A stretch of 44,882 nt of DNA. Source: a virus. The notes below the pieces were generated by a model. The model did not search any database. It was not told where the DNA came from and saw only the letters and a program-made list of their open reading frames with translations. Location: the IMG/VR virus record IMGVR_UViG_3300043742_000003, positions 1 to 44,882 of that record. One strand, written 5' to 3'. Shown one piece after another: positions 18,401-24,581 of this stretch. Numbering within the stretch: the first letter of the stretch is position 1; each line of letters starts with the position of its first letter. A program made the position numbers and the translations under genes.

Positions 18401-19610
18401 GCCAAACGAGATTTTGCGTCGGGATCGCGATGCTGGTGCGAATGTGGATGTTTGTCGTTGCGAGTTGATCGACGCCTGTCGGCAAGAGACCGGGATGGGA
18501 AACGTTCGGCGGATGGTTCATCCCGAGGCAAATGAACACGGTCGAGCCGTTTGCCTGCGTGGTGTTTGGCACGCCGCACACCGTGATGGCGCTGCCGTTC
18601 ATGCTGAACGGCTCCATGAAGTTGCGGCCGATGATCGCGACTTCTTTGTAGAAGCCCGTCGCGGTGTAGTAGTTGTCGAAAGGAATCTGGAAGCCGGTGT
18701 TGTAGAAGAAGTATCCGCCGGGAATCTGGTAAGGCGAGGCGCCGGATTGGAAGTTGTCCGCGGCGAGCACGCCGATCATCAAACCGTTTTGCGTCCAGAG
18801 ATTGTTCGCGAAGGTCGTGAAACCCGTCCCGCCGCCGGCCTGATCGTCAACCGTTCCTTTGCCGATCATCAACGGATCGAAATTGCCGGCGTTCGCGGTG
18901 TCCTGAATCTCGATGAGCGTCATGGTGTACGCGCAAGGCCGGATCGGCAGCGACGTGTACCAGTTCTGGACCGTACAGGTGAAGGTCTGCGCGCCGCCGT
19001 TCGCTTTGGTCTGCGTGCATAAAAAGCCGACGTTCTGGTGATAGGTGGGAGTATTAAAATTCGGGCCCGTCGTGTCGTTTGTGACGTGATTGCAGAGCTG
19101 TCCCTTATCGTCGACGCACTGCGTCACCCACGGCGCTTCAACGCCGGCGGACACATTCGGATCGTTGATGAAAAACGCGATGAAGACGTAGTTGCCGGCG
19201 GTGACCGCTTTGTTGAAGCTGCCGCTGAAAATCGTGGCGGGAGAATTTACGACGACGGTGTTGTACTGAACGAGGTTCGAGACGTTTGTGGATTGGTTGA
19301 GCGTAACCTGCGCGTAGCGCGGAGTGGTGGGATCGTTGGTGGTGACGTAGCTCGGATTCAGCCAGGCGGCCTCGAAGGGAGCATTCGGGCCGGGAACGCT
19401 GAGACCGGCCTGGGCGGTGCCGGTCGCGTTCAAGTTGAAGTAGACGTGCTGCGTCGTTCTGCCGCCGCGCGTGAAGACAGACCCTGGGTTATAGTCGCAA
19501 TCCTGATTGAATGGCGAGGCGCCCTCTGGTAAGTCCTCCGGTGCGAGCTCCGGCACGGCCCCGCCAAACACAACGAGCGGGACGCCCTGCGTGTCGAGAA
19601 CGTTGTCCAT
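12486..19610 (-). CDS. Giant (2,374 aa) modular beta-rich fibre / adhesin-like virion protein
   Basis: Single uninterrupted 7.1-kb ORF in the tail region, rich in N/T/G/S/V. At least four degenerate copies of a ~110-aa module end in ..IEIQD, ..FEIQG, ..AIEATG and ..AYEIHG. It also has small domains resembling the tail-fibre N-terminal region (..FQITGTGGGPPAGYDGTWVCL.., ..IVTITNCLNGYGNG..FNGTFTIASV..). Confidence 0.8.
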   Translation of the reverse strand: MDNVLDTQGVPLVVFGGAVPELAPEDLPEGASPFNQDCDYNPGSVFTRGGRTTQHVYFNLNATGTAQAGLSVPGPNAPFEAAWLNPSYVTTNDPTTPRYAQVTLNQSTNVSNLVQYNTVVVNSPATIFSGSFNKAVTAGNYVFIAFFINDPNVSAGVEAPWVTQCVDDKGQLCNHVTNDTTGPNFNTPTYHQNVGFLCTQTKANGGAQTFTCTVQNWYTSLPIRPCAYTMTLIEIQDTANAGNFDPLMIGKGTVDDQAGGGTGFTTFANNLWTQNGLMIGVLAADNFQSGASPYQIPGGYFFYNTGFQIPFDNYYTATGFYKEVAIIGRNFMEPFSMNGSAITVCGVPNTTQANGSTVFICLGMNHPPNVSHPGLLPTGVDQLATTNIHIRTSIAIPTQNLVWPSITPTVNGTIFYMASFSPSPSTQGPKGDGAPAYPLGWSGGSYLQAGQQGTWYVGPGVAGVPTGNNSYAVVNTWGPANGDVYATLTCFNIAGLTTSPAPFLQTLQNNNTQFLNPNGVTQGSTLIFANYTNTNGAFNISKVSDNMGNTWTKVSSVVAPGAFIFGSPSTIYQDIWIAQNIVGAPPNYLVVTVSGSAVPNAVIFEIQGAVPVSPAQNNSQILESINFGLTVPPTQAVLGTQLVISGHQSGTARTVPSQFVQYLNFTQNSLVSPPFSITFPKPTTKGNTVILFWFVHDPNGTVEQCKLGASTDANGTAADLFNTNYSTFAFNDFAAISAWYNVKGGVSTYSATFQTNAAAPISASNYSVWAIEATGTDNAFNPLDMWQTENTPSQSGVLESTPGTFVVNRTNCIMLSATQMWGNATQGFTLAYSRGGYYADVPQSMRILSEYTQAASNSAQYYKQGMLSAAIFTANPRQGGFDNYFNSQMLNWTQLQTAFGNTVYPTPNWSASYVVIAFKPLQTGFFNSPPALDNPGPIGVSTGYTGNSGGATSTAIVWPTIPGAAPGVQMMAICAVLQYPSQSNAPYVYPTYPLGYFDTYFGGAGGQQFGAGVLSVFTAPVGAGLTPTATVEPPNVACYWLAQTVTFQYVGNFSSFWVNHADQAQTVSAPGGNFNINSGLVSSSNVTAGNMILVVLGVQNVAGTGLVINSVTNAAGDTFSQISQGTAANGAGGMYMSMWVCTKANGLNKLTDTVVNVTVSTGSYTFAGVAYEIHGGTNPATVAGTPIDPSAHLTVQLANVPGAPSYNFNLPANDGSVFIGSALTNPFGIIPLNAASVDASSLQFNITATENSFAGPANFYIYAIQLLVFLTPNPSANFTWIKTYQQTDGEVDTLALDAAGRLWDEDVDTNPGTFSNISTSILPNTYAKGVTFADIEYMCFSNLLNGTDVPRQWNGTNLDRISQQGPGWYPQASTTTSGGNIPIQTIVQSPKVQIRRIAFGTAGSPNDSTPGNLLVIYGEGRDGPPVAYSTLQPYTATFGSGTNVVLSGITVPFPRKDGGTLPYNLNGTYQLQGNASLQYVGGNELCPTFDLPSPTTTWAYSADYGSGGAPTSNWFFQSCIVTMTTQQPLPNVGVGSSFQITGTGGGPPAGYDGTWVCLTTTNSVQMTINSASITSGVAQYSYTLVPPSPAPTVGQIVTITNCLNGYGNGTDPTIFNGTFTIASVGGGNFTVGIPKSIDIPIQTQTGSPQATAVVGGTVFTFDAGQIVTGYTGSGGSVVQQGVTATGQRKVCYSFLTRSGFLTQPSPIYTFNVTAGGAINVTGLSPGPSNVVARVVFFTGANGGNFFWIPQDVDVVVGGVLQHNTKTIVNDNTSTTAQFNFSDTVLLTGLAIDIPGNNLFNCIELGSCRGLTTYASRMFAWGEQLKITNLRNTSFDGGFTGQFVAGANASTPLGWTYDPNFGSGGLLLLSSPTFGWSYQISNTGGVQSAWGMITQGAYQDEFQVPIIQAATLYSIRVTAMSTAPIASGNLIVDLFVPSTLQQVGVFSLPLSSLGQTMQIFTGTLLTRVMQPVPKDLVIRVYAQNIPGTPTSTIQIDRIEPFQTLVPSNTTALKGSYVNNQESFDLITGVTGPAQNMQPINAAAELFDLLYVVKERSWFSTSDNGVTEPNRWNYKEVSNKVGCIGQNAFDYGEGWMMTADREGVHYFEGGEPIKVSQEIQPVWDSINWQYGYTIWLRNDPEQRRFTVGIPIPTPNQWMPEFPVNSNPTTPNVILSCNYRELNTGTAIAQTGPIKSTYMGRLLSPEPARKWSFWNIAAPYSDFVSRNNSQWPQFYCTGYGDNKVFALLASSLADDGGAINSYWISYGFVKPEMADAKGLGLFRMTFPYLTVLATGTGTLNTYVYPESPFNTPYALDQLALPAQSQGDLELGVNVKGNRFFVRVGTNAVGSAFRVSKLVVPLVPDTWSPIRGWNSITA

Positions 19611-19613
19611 TTT

Positions 19614-20012
19614 TTAGTGGCGCGGGAATCGAACCTCGAAGGCGACTGAATCGGTGAAGATCTGCGGCGTGGTCGCGTTCAACGCGGTAGCATTTGTCAC
19701 TTCCGTCGGAGCCGTGGTTCCGGTGCCGGCCGCGGAAATGATTTTCAGCAAGTTGGCGTTGCCGTTCCACAGATACCACCAGCCCGACCCGATCAGCGAC
19801 TCGAGATAGATCACGATCGGCGTGCGATCCGAGTACGGCCCGAGGCTCGAAAGACCGAAGCCAGCGAGCGCCGCGAGGCCGCCGGTCGCGTATGTATCGG
19901 TCGCGGCCGAGAACGTGACGGTCCCCAAATACGTGACCGTTTGCTGGTCGATGTCTCCTTTCCCCGTGAGTAGCTGCGGATGCGGATTGAATTTAATTGT
20001 TGCGGTTGCCAC
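19614..20012 (-). CDS. Hypothetical small beta-rich tail-associated protein (132 aa)
   Basis: GTG start with an AGGAGGA SD. It lies between the tail fibre and the giant protein. Confidence 0.6.
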   Translation of the reverse strand: MATATIKFNPHPQLLTGKGDIDQQTVTYLGTVTFSAATDTYATGGLAALAGFGLSSLGPYSDRTPIVIYLESLIGSGWWYLWNGNANLLKIISAAGTGTTAPTEVTNATALNATTPQIFTDSVAFEVRFPRH

Positions 20013-20033
20013 TGTTTCCTCCTGTTGGACCTT

Positions 20034-21389
20034 TCAGGTTGTTGGAACGACGTAGTACCAAGTGAAAATCGTTGCGGTGCCTGTTCCCGCCGCGAAATTG
20101 TTTGTGACTTTGTTGATCAGCAGCGGCTGATTGTCTTCAGGCGGCGGATTGCCGGCGGTCGAAGTTCCTCCCGGCCAGGGGAAGTATTGAATCCTGCGGT
20201 TCGGCGATGTGGTCACGAGAAACAGCGCATTCGACGCGAGTGCTGCGACGACGCCGCTGTTTGTGAATTGCACCGCGCCTCCAGCATCGGTATAGGCTGC
20301 GCCGCCGCCGTAGAACTTAATGACGATCATCGTCGGGACGATGACGAAGCCGACGCCTGGCGCCGGCACCAGCACGACGGATGTTGTCTGCAGCGCGAGC
20401 AGCTGCACGCTCGTGAGCGAAGTAGTTGTGAACGGGAGATCCTGCGCCACGAGCGATCGGAAAGCCGGCGCCGCGGCGGCGCCCGAGCTCGGGCCGGCCC
20501 ACACGGTGTTGGCGTTCTGATTGACCAAGCTGATCGTGTCCGCGATCACGCCGGTAGTCGTGACTGGCTGGCCGACCGTAACCGCACCCATAATCGAGGC
20601 TGGAACTGTCAGCGTATGACCCACGCTGGTTACAGTTCCGACGCCGGCAGGAAAGTCCGCCGGCACAAGCGAACGGAATGCCGGCGCGCCAGGAGCTCCT
20701 GAAGATGGACCCGCATACACCTGGTTCGCCGGCTCCGTCAGTTTGCCGACGGTGAGTGTGCCGGCCGCGGTGATCGGAGAACCTGATACGCTGAACTCAG
20801 GCGGCATCGAGAGCGCGATCGAGGTAACCGTGCCAGATCCGGCGCCGCCAGCGACGATCGTTTGATCCGCCAGGACGAGTTGTGTCTGGATGCGTCCCAC
20901 GGTGTCGTAGATCTGGACCGTGTACACGCCTGGCGTCACGTAGAAGAAGAAATTTCCCAACTGATCGGAGAAGAACGGATTCGGCAGCGCGGAGCTCGCG
21001 GTGATGCCACCGCCGAGGAACGTGCCAGGATTCGAGATTGGTGCGAGGGTGAAAGGCGTGGTGACGACGACGTTCAGGCCCGAGACCGAAACGACTTGCC
21101 AGAAGCCGTTGTAGGCGGCCGGCGTGGCGCCGGTGACGCTGAAGTAGGAACCTGCAACGACGTCGGAGCTCGGCGTCGATCCGAACGTGAAGGTGATCTG
21201 CTGCGTGAGATTCGACCACACCGCGGCCGTGATCGAATTGGCGTTGCTGACCGCCGCAGTGAAGATCGAAGCGAGCGGAGAGCCTGGCTGCGTTGTCGTG
21301 ACGGCCGGCTGCGTGAGCACGGCGATCGAGGCGCCCTGGAGCGCATTGCCCTGGATGTCTTGGACGCGGCCGTCGTAGCGTGTGCTCAT
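20034..21389 (-). CDS. Tail fibre protein (451 aa)
   Basis: The N-terminus is a carboxypeptidase-regulatory-like beta-sandwich (GRVQDIQGNALQGASIAV...FFFYVTPGVYTVQIYD). Two tandem ~65-aa repeats follow, of the common phage fibre type (GTVTS...PIT..GT...AGPSSG...PAFRSLV..D.P, DNA about 20433-20834). The C-terminal ~128-aa domain is shared with gene 37271..37783. Confidence 0.8.
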   Translation of the reverse strand: MSTRYDGRVQDIQGNALQGASIAVLTQPAVTTTQPGSPLASIFTAAVSNANSITAAVWSNLTQQITFTFGSTPSSDVVAGSYFSVTGATPAAYNGFWQVVSVSGLNVVVTTPFTLAPISNPGTFLGGGITASSALPNPFFSDQLGNFFFYVTPGVYTVQIYDTVGRIQTQLVLADQTIVAGGAGSGTVTSIALSMPPEFSVSGSPITAAGTLTVGKLTEPANQVYAGPSSGAPGAPAFRSLVPADFPAGVGTVTSVGHTLTVPASIMGAVTVGQPVTTTGVIADTISLVNQNANTVWAGPSSGAAAAPAFRSLVAQDLPFTTTSLTSVQLLALQTTSVVLVPAPGVGFVIVPTMIVIKFYGGGAAYTDAGGAVQFTNSGVVAALASNALFLVTTSPNRRIQYFPWPGGTSTAGNPPPEDNQPLLINKVTNNFAAGTGTATIFTWYYVVPTT

Positions 21390-22180
21390 CGATAGTCTCC
21401 ACTGAGCGCGCCGTCGATCGTGCCGCCACCGGCTGCGTATCCTTTCGGTCGGACTGCGATGCGCTGGCCGGCGCGCACATAGCGACTAATCAACGTGTCG
21501 CACTCCTCGAGCCACATGGCTTTGGCCTCGGCGCGCTGCGCGGCTCCGCGTGACGCGGCGTAGATCGAGACGACGCCCCAACCGAGGGCATCCTCGCCGT
21601 CGCGAATGGGAATGCTTACCTGCGAGAAATTTGCGTTGGCGGCGATGCGGCCGATCGCCTGCTCGTAGCGGATCCTGAGATCCATCGAGTTGGTGCAGCC
21701 GTTCAGGTACAGGCCATCGCCTCTGAATTCCCAGTCGCCGAAATACGGCCCAGGAACTCTCGACATGAGCGGCCCTCTGGCCGGCTCCATAAAGATGAAC
21801 TGCGCGCCGCTACCAGTGACGCGCTGCGCGACTGCGAGCGGCAAGATCAGATCCGGCGGCAGCACCACATTCGAGTGCGTTGCCACGCCGTCGTAGTAGC
21901 CGTTCTGACTGATGAAAACCTGCACGGCGGGATCTTGACTCGCGACCGCGGTCACTGGCGTCAGGATGGCGTTGTCGACCACCTGGGAATACAGCCCGTT
22001 CACTGATAGGTAGCGTTGCGTCTTGCGAATCGCGGCGTTCAGGAAATGGACGGTGAACGGTGCGGTGTCGACCAGGATCGCGCCGGCCGTCGTTCTTAAC
22101 ATGTCGTTGATGACGGCTCGAGCGAGCAGCATTACGTTTTCGGCGATCGGATATGTGCCGGTCTGGACGACGTCGGACAT
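21386..22180 (-). CDS. Putative head-tail adaptor / tail tubular-type structural protein (264 aa)
   Basis: The call is based only on position, upstream of and ATGA-coupled to the tail fibre gene. Confidence 0.4.
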   Translation of the reverse strand: MSDVVQTGTYPIAENVMLLARAVINDMLRTTAGAILVDTAPFTVHFLNAAIRKTQRYLSVNGLYSQVVDNAILTPVTAVASQDPAVQVFISQNGYYDGVATHSNVVLPPDLILPLAVAQRVTGSGAQFIFMEPARGPLMSRVPGPYFGDWEFRGDGLYLNGCTNSMDLRIRYEQAIGRIAANANFSQVSIPIRDGEDALGWGVVSIYAASRGAAQRAEAKAMWLEECDTLISRYVRAGQRIAVRPKGYAAGGGTIDGALSGDYR

Positions 22181-22200
22181 CTACAGGAATCTCCCCTCTG

Positions 22201-22303
22201 GCAAAAAAGCGACGGGGAGCGGTATAGTGTGCTCTCTCTCAAAACACACCCAGTGCCTGTTGGGCTGAGATCAGGTGGCTCAGAACAGGACTGCCGCTCC
22301 CCG
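22201..22303 (-). promoter_or_regulatory. Structured intergenic RNA element: three-way junction closed by a 10-bp GC stem and followed by U6
   Basis: CGGGGAGCGG (22213-22222) pairs perfectly with CCGCTCCCCG (22294-22303). Two internal hairpins are GTGTG/CACAC (22227-22249) and CCTGTT..CTGAG-loop-CTCAG..AACAGG (22256-22289). In the minus sense, ucgcUUUUUUgcc follows. Confidence 0.45.
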
Positions 22304-22316
22304 AAGATCGTGGGAT

Positions 22317-23093
22317 TTACTTGGAAATTTTAGGTGCTGCTACTTTGGGCCCTGGAGCTCCTTCTGCCTTGCGGAGCTTGAGCATTTGGGCGTGTAGCTC
22401 GGGCCCGATCATGCCGGCCAACAGCGCGCGATCGGGATCGAAAATGAAGCCGCAAGGATGGCGAATGATTCCCTGTTTGGCAGGTTCTCCGCAGCCTGGG
22501 CATTCTGTCGTCTTTTTGTAAATGCGGTTCCAGCTGCGATCTTCACCGAAATAGCTGGCCGCGATCCGCATGAGCGGTGTGATGTCATCAATTCTGCCAG
22601 CAGCTTCGATCGAACTCGCCATTGCTAAAAGTTTACGATACGTCGTTTCCATTTTCTCGCGCGCGGCAGCGATCTCTTGCTCGGTGGGCGTTTCGTTGCG
22701 CGTGTAAAACACACCGAGATCGTCCAGGTTGGCGCCAAAACTCCACCAACTTTTTCCGCCGCTCGTGATCGGATGCACGATGTCCTGGGCCATGAATTCG
22801 CCCGAGACCGAGTGCGTCTTCATTTCCTGTTCGACGAAGAACGAATCTCTCACCACGCTCGGAAGCACGAGCGGGTTCGAGATCGCCTGGTCGGGATCGC
22901 ACGCGGGAATCACAAATGTTCCACAGCTTCCCTTCTCGACCATGTGTCGCGTCGGGCCGAGGTTGAAGACGTAAACCTTGTACGGCGGATCCGCGCTGAA
23001 CGAAGCGTTATCCGGCGTGTACAGCAACTGCCCGTTCATGCTCTCCTCGCGCAGACGCGCTTCGCGCAAGGCCACAGGTGTGTCGTGTGGCAT
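22317..23093 (-). CDS. Hypothetical structural-module protein (258 aa) with a C-terminal CxxC...C zinc-ribbon-like motif
   Basis: ATG with a strong AGGAGGA SD. Contains ..TTECPGCGEPAKQGIIRHPCG.. Confidence 0.6.
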   Translation of the reverse strand: MPHDTPVALREARLREESMNGQLLYTPDNASFSADPPYKVYVFNLGPTRHMVEKGSCGTFVIPACDPDQAISNPLVLPSVVRDSFFVEQEMKTHSVSGEFMAQDIVHPITSGGKSWWSFGANLDDLGVFYTRNETPTEQEIAAAREKMETTYRKLLAMASSIEAAGRIDDITPLMRIAASYFGEDRSWNRIYKKTTECPGCGEPAKQGIIRHPCGFIFDPDRALLAGMIGPELHAQMLKLRKAEGAPGPKVAAPKISK

Positions 23094-23123
23094 TTACTTC
23101 CTCCTGATTTGTTTTTGGAATTT

Positions 23124-23816
23124 CTACAGCACTACGCGGTGGCCGAGGCCTTTCCTACGGACAATCTCGTCCCGCGAAACTTTCATTCCGGCTTGCTTCT
23201 CTCGGATGCGTTGTTCCCAACGCTCATGATTAGACTCATGAGTACCTGCTCGGCCACCAAAAGCAAGACCAGAGTTGATATAGATGTCGTAAGCCTGTCG
23301 AGCTGCTCGGTCTCTCTCTGCGGCCATTCGCTGCTCGATTGCGGCCTTTCGCTGTGCATAAGTCGATTCCTGTTCCTTCAACAAATTCGGGACGAAGAGA
23401 TCGATCACCCAGTGGGTCAAGGGCATCGCGTCGATTATCATGCGATCGCCCTTGAAGCTACGAACGAAAAGATTGAACGGCGCCGGGATGTACATGCCGC
23501 GCTCTGGATACTGTCCGATCCCAGGTGCATCCGCTTCCCAGTCCCAGGTCACCGCATACCACAGTTCCGGCGGGATAATTTCCGGAGGCTTCCAGCAGTC
23601 GATGAACCAGGCCGGGATCCCGTCGTGCTTCAGAATGATGTGCTGGCCCTTTTTGCCGTTTCCGTCGACGCCGTAAACGAGATCGGTTTCGTTTTGTCCC
23701 CATACGATCTTGAAGTTCGGCTCGTTGTAGCGGTTCATCCCGCCGATGCGGTTGATGTGGTCGACATACTCGCGCGCCGGAAAGCGTTTTTCTCTGCCTG
23801 GGATCGTCCAACTCAT
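23124..23816 (-). CDS. Hypothetical structural-module protein (230 aa)
   Basis: Track ORF with an ATGA overlap to the GroES-like gene. Confidence 0.6.
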   Translation of the reverse strand: MSWTIPGREKRFPAREYVDHINRIGGMNRYNEPNFKIVWGQNETDLVYGVDGNGKKGQHIILKHDGIPAWFIDCWKPPEIIPPELWYAVTWDWEADAPGIGQYPERGMYIPAPFNLFVRSFKGDRMIIDAMPLTHWVIDLFVPNLLKEQESTYAQRKAAIEQRMAAERDRAARQAYDIYINSGLAFGGRAGTHESNHERWEQRIREKQAGMKVSRDEIVRRKGLGHRVVL

Positions 23817-24148
23817 CCGTTGCCTTTGAAGATCGCGTACTCGGGTGGTGCGACCAGGACGAGCGGCACCTTGAAATAGATCTCGTCGTAGCGCAGCACC
23901 AGGAGGTCGACGCCGTCGACGTTCACCTCGACCGCGCCGTACTTGCTGAACAGCACTTCATCACCGATCTCGAGCGGAATCGGAAGAAGCTTATCGCCGA
24001 CGACCCTTCCTTCTCCGACCGCGAAGACTTTGCCGCGGCTCGATTTCACCTGCGCAATGTCGGGCACGTAGAAGCTGCCCTTTTTTTCTGTATCTTCGTC
24101 GACGCGCTTCAAGAGCACGCGATCGCCAAGAGGAACAATGTTGATCAT
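23813..24148 (-). CDS. groES: Co-chaperonin GroES (Cpn10) homologue (111 aa)
   Basis: MINIVPLGDRVLLKRVDEDTEKKGSFYVPDIAQVKSSRGKVFAVGEGRVVGDKLLPIPLEIGDEVLFSKYGAVEVNVDGVDLLVLRYDEI aligns by eye along its whole length with the Cpn10 consensus (I.PLGDRVLVKR..EE.KT.GGI.IPD.A.EK...G.VVAVG.G......P..VKVGD.VLF.KY.GTEV..DG.E.LIL.E.DIL). Confidence 0.85.
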   Translation of the reverse strand: MINIVPLGDRVLLKRVDEDTEKKGSFYVPDIAQVKSSRGKVFAVGEGRVVGDKLLPIPLEIGDEVLFSKYGAVEVNVDGVDLLVLRYDEIYFKVPLVLVAPPEYAIFKGNG

Positions 24149-24429
24149 GGATTCTCCACTCTGTAGATTCGCACTACGTCGTCAATCACCTCGCCGTTGA
24201 AAAGCTTGCAGGAGATGAAATCCATGGTCACGCCGTCGGGTAGCCGGCAGTTATCGAGGAGCGCCCCGATGTCGATCGCCGCGGCGTTGTAGAAAAGCAT
24301 GTAATGCCCTGATTCGATCTTTTTGCCTTCGACCGCCGTGCCTTTGATCGACGAGACTACCGGCGCGAGGCTGAACAACTTCAGCAGTTCTCTGCGTTCC
24401 AATTTCGATCTCCTGATCCTGATTTTCAA
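24145..24429 (-). CDS. Hypothetical small protein (85-94 aa)
   Basis: The track start at 24429 is TTG without an SD. The TTG at 24402 has an AGGAGA SD 6 nt upstream and would give MERRELLKLFSLAPVVSS.. ATGA-coupled to groES. Confidence 0.5.
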   Translation of the reverse strand: MKIRIRRSKLERRELLKLFSLAPVVSSIKGTAVEGKKIESGHYMLFYNAAAIDIGALLDNCRLPDGVTMDFISCKLFNGEVIDDVVRIYRVENP

Positions 24430-24447
24430 AACTGGGGTGACTGGGGT

Positions 24448-24553
24448 GAATTGTTCTCACGAAGAACAATTCGCAAACAAAGGACTTATTGCCCAAATGC
24501 CCGATTTTTGTGGCCGGCTCCCGAACTCGTGCGACGGAGGTTAGAAGCCGGCC
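24448..24553. other. Two strong stem-loops between the major capsid gene and the next gene
   Basis: GAATTGTTCT-cacga-AGAACAATTC is a perfect 10-bp stem at 24448-24472. GGCCGGCT (24512-24519) pairs with AGCCGGCC (24546-24553), with an inner CTCC/GGAG. T5 follows on the plus strand only. Confidence 0.5.
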
Positions 24554-24581
24554 TTTTTCGACATGGATTCAGCTACTAAGT

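Noticed and set aside
13912-19022. Several very long ORFs nested in the giant gene: 13912..15072 (-), 15766..17256 (-), 16431..17747 (+), 17751..19022 (+), 17812..18579 (-)
   Set aside because: They are out-of-frame or antisense shadows of the 12486..19610 ORF, typical of GC-rich DNA. Their translations are dominated by Arg/His/Pro/Gly runs with no protein-like pattern. The giant frame is continuous and compositionally coherent.
22677-23879. 400-aa plus-strand ORF
   Set aside because: It is antisense to two well-supported, SD-preceded minus-strand genes (22317..23093 and 23124..23816). Its composition is Arg/Leu/Val-rich shadow.
24145-24429. Twin-arginine (Tat) signal in MERRELLKLFSLAPVVSS
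   Set aside because: RRELLK resembles the S/T-RRxFLK motif, but the hydrophobic region is only about 10 residues, there is no AxA cleavage site, and the start codon itself is uncertain. The evidence is too weak to call.
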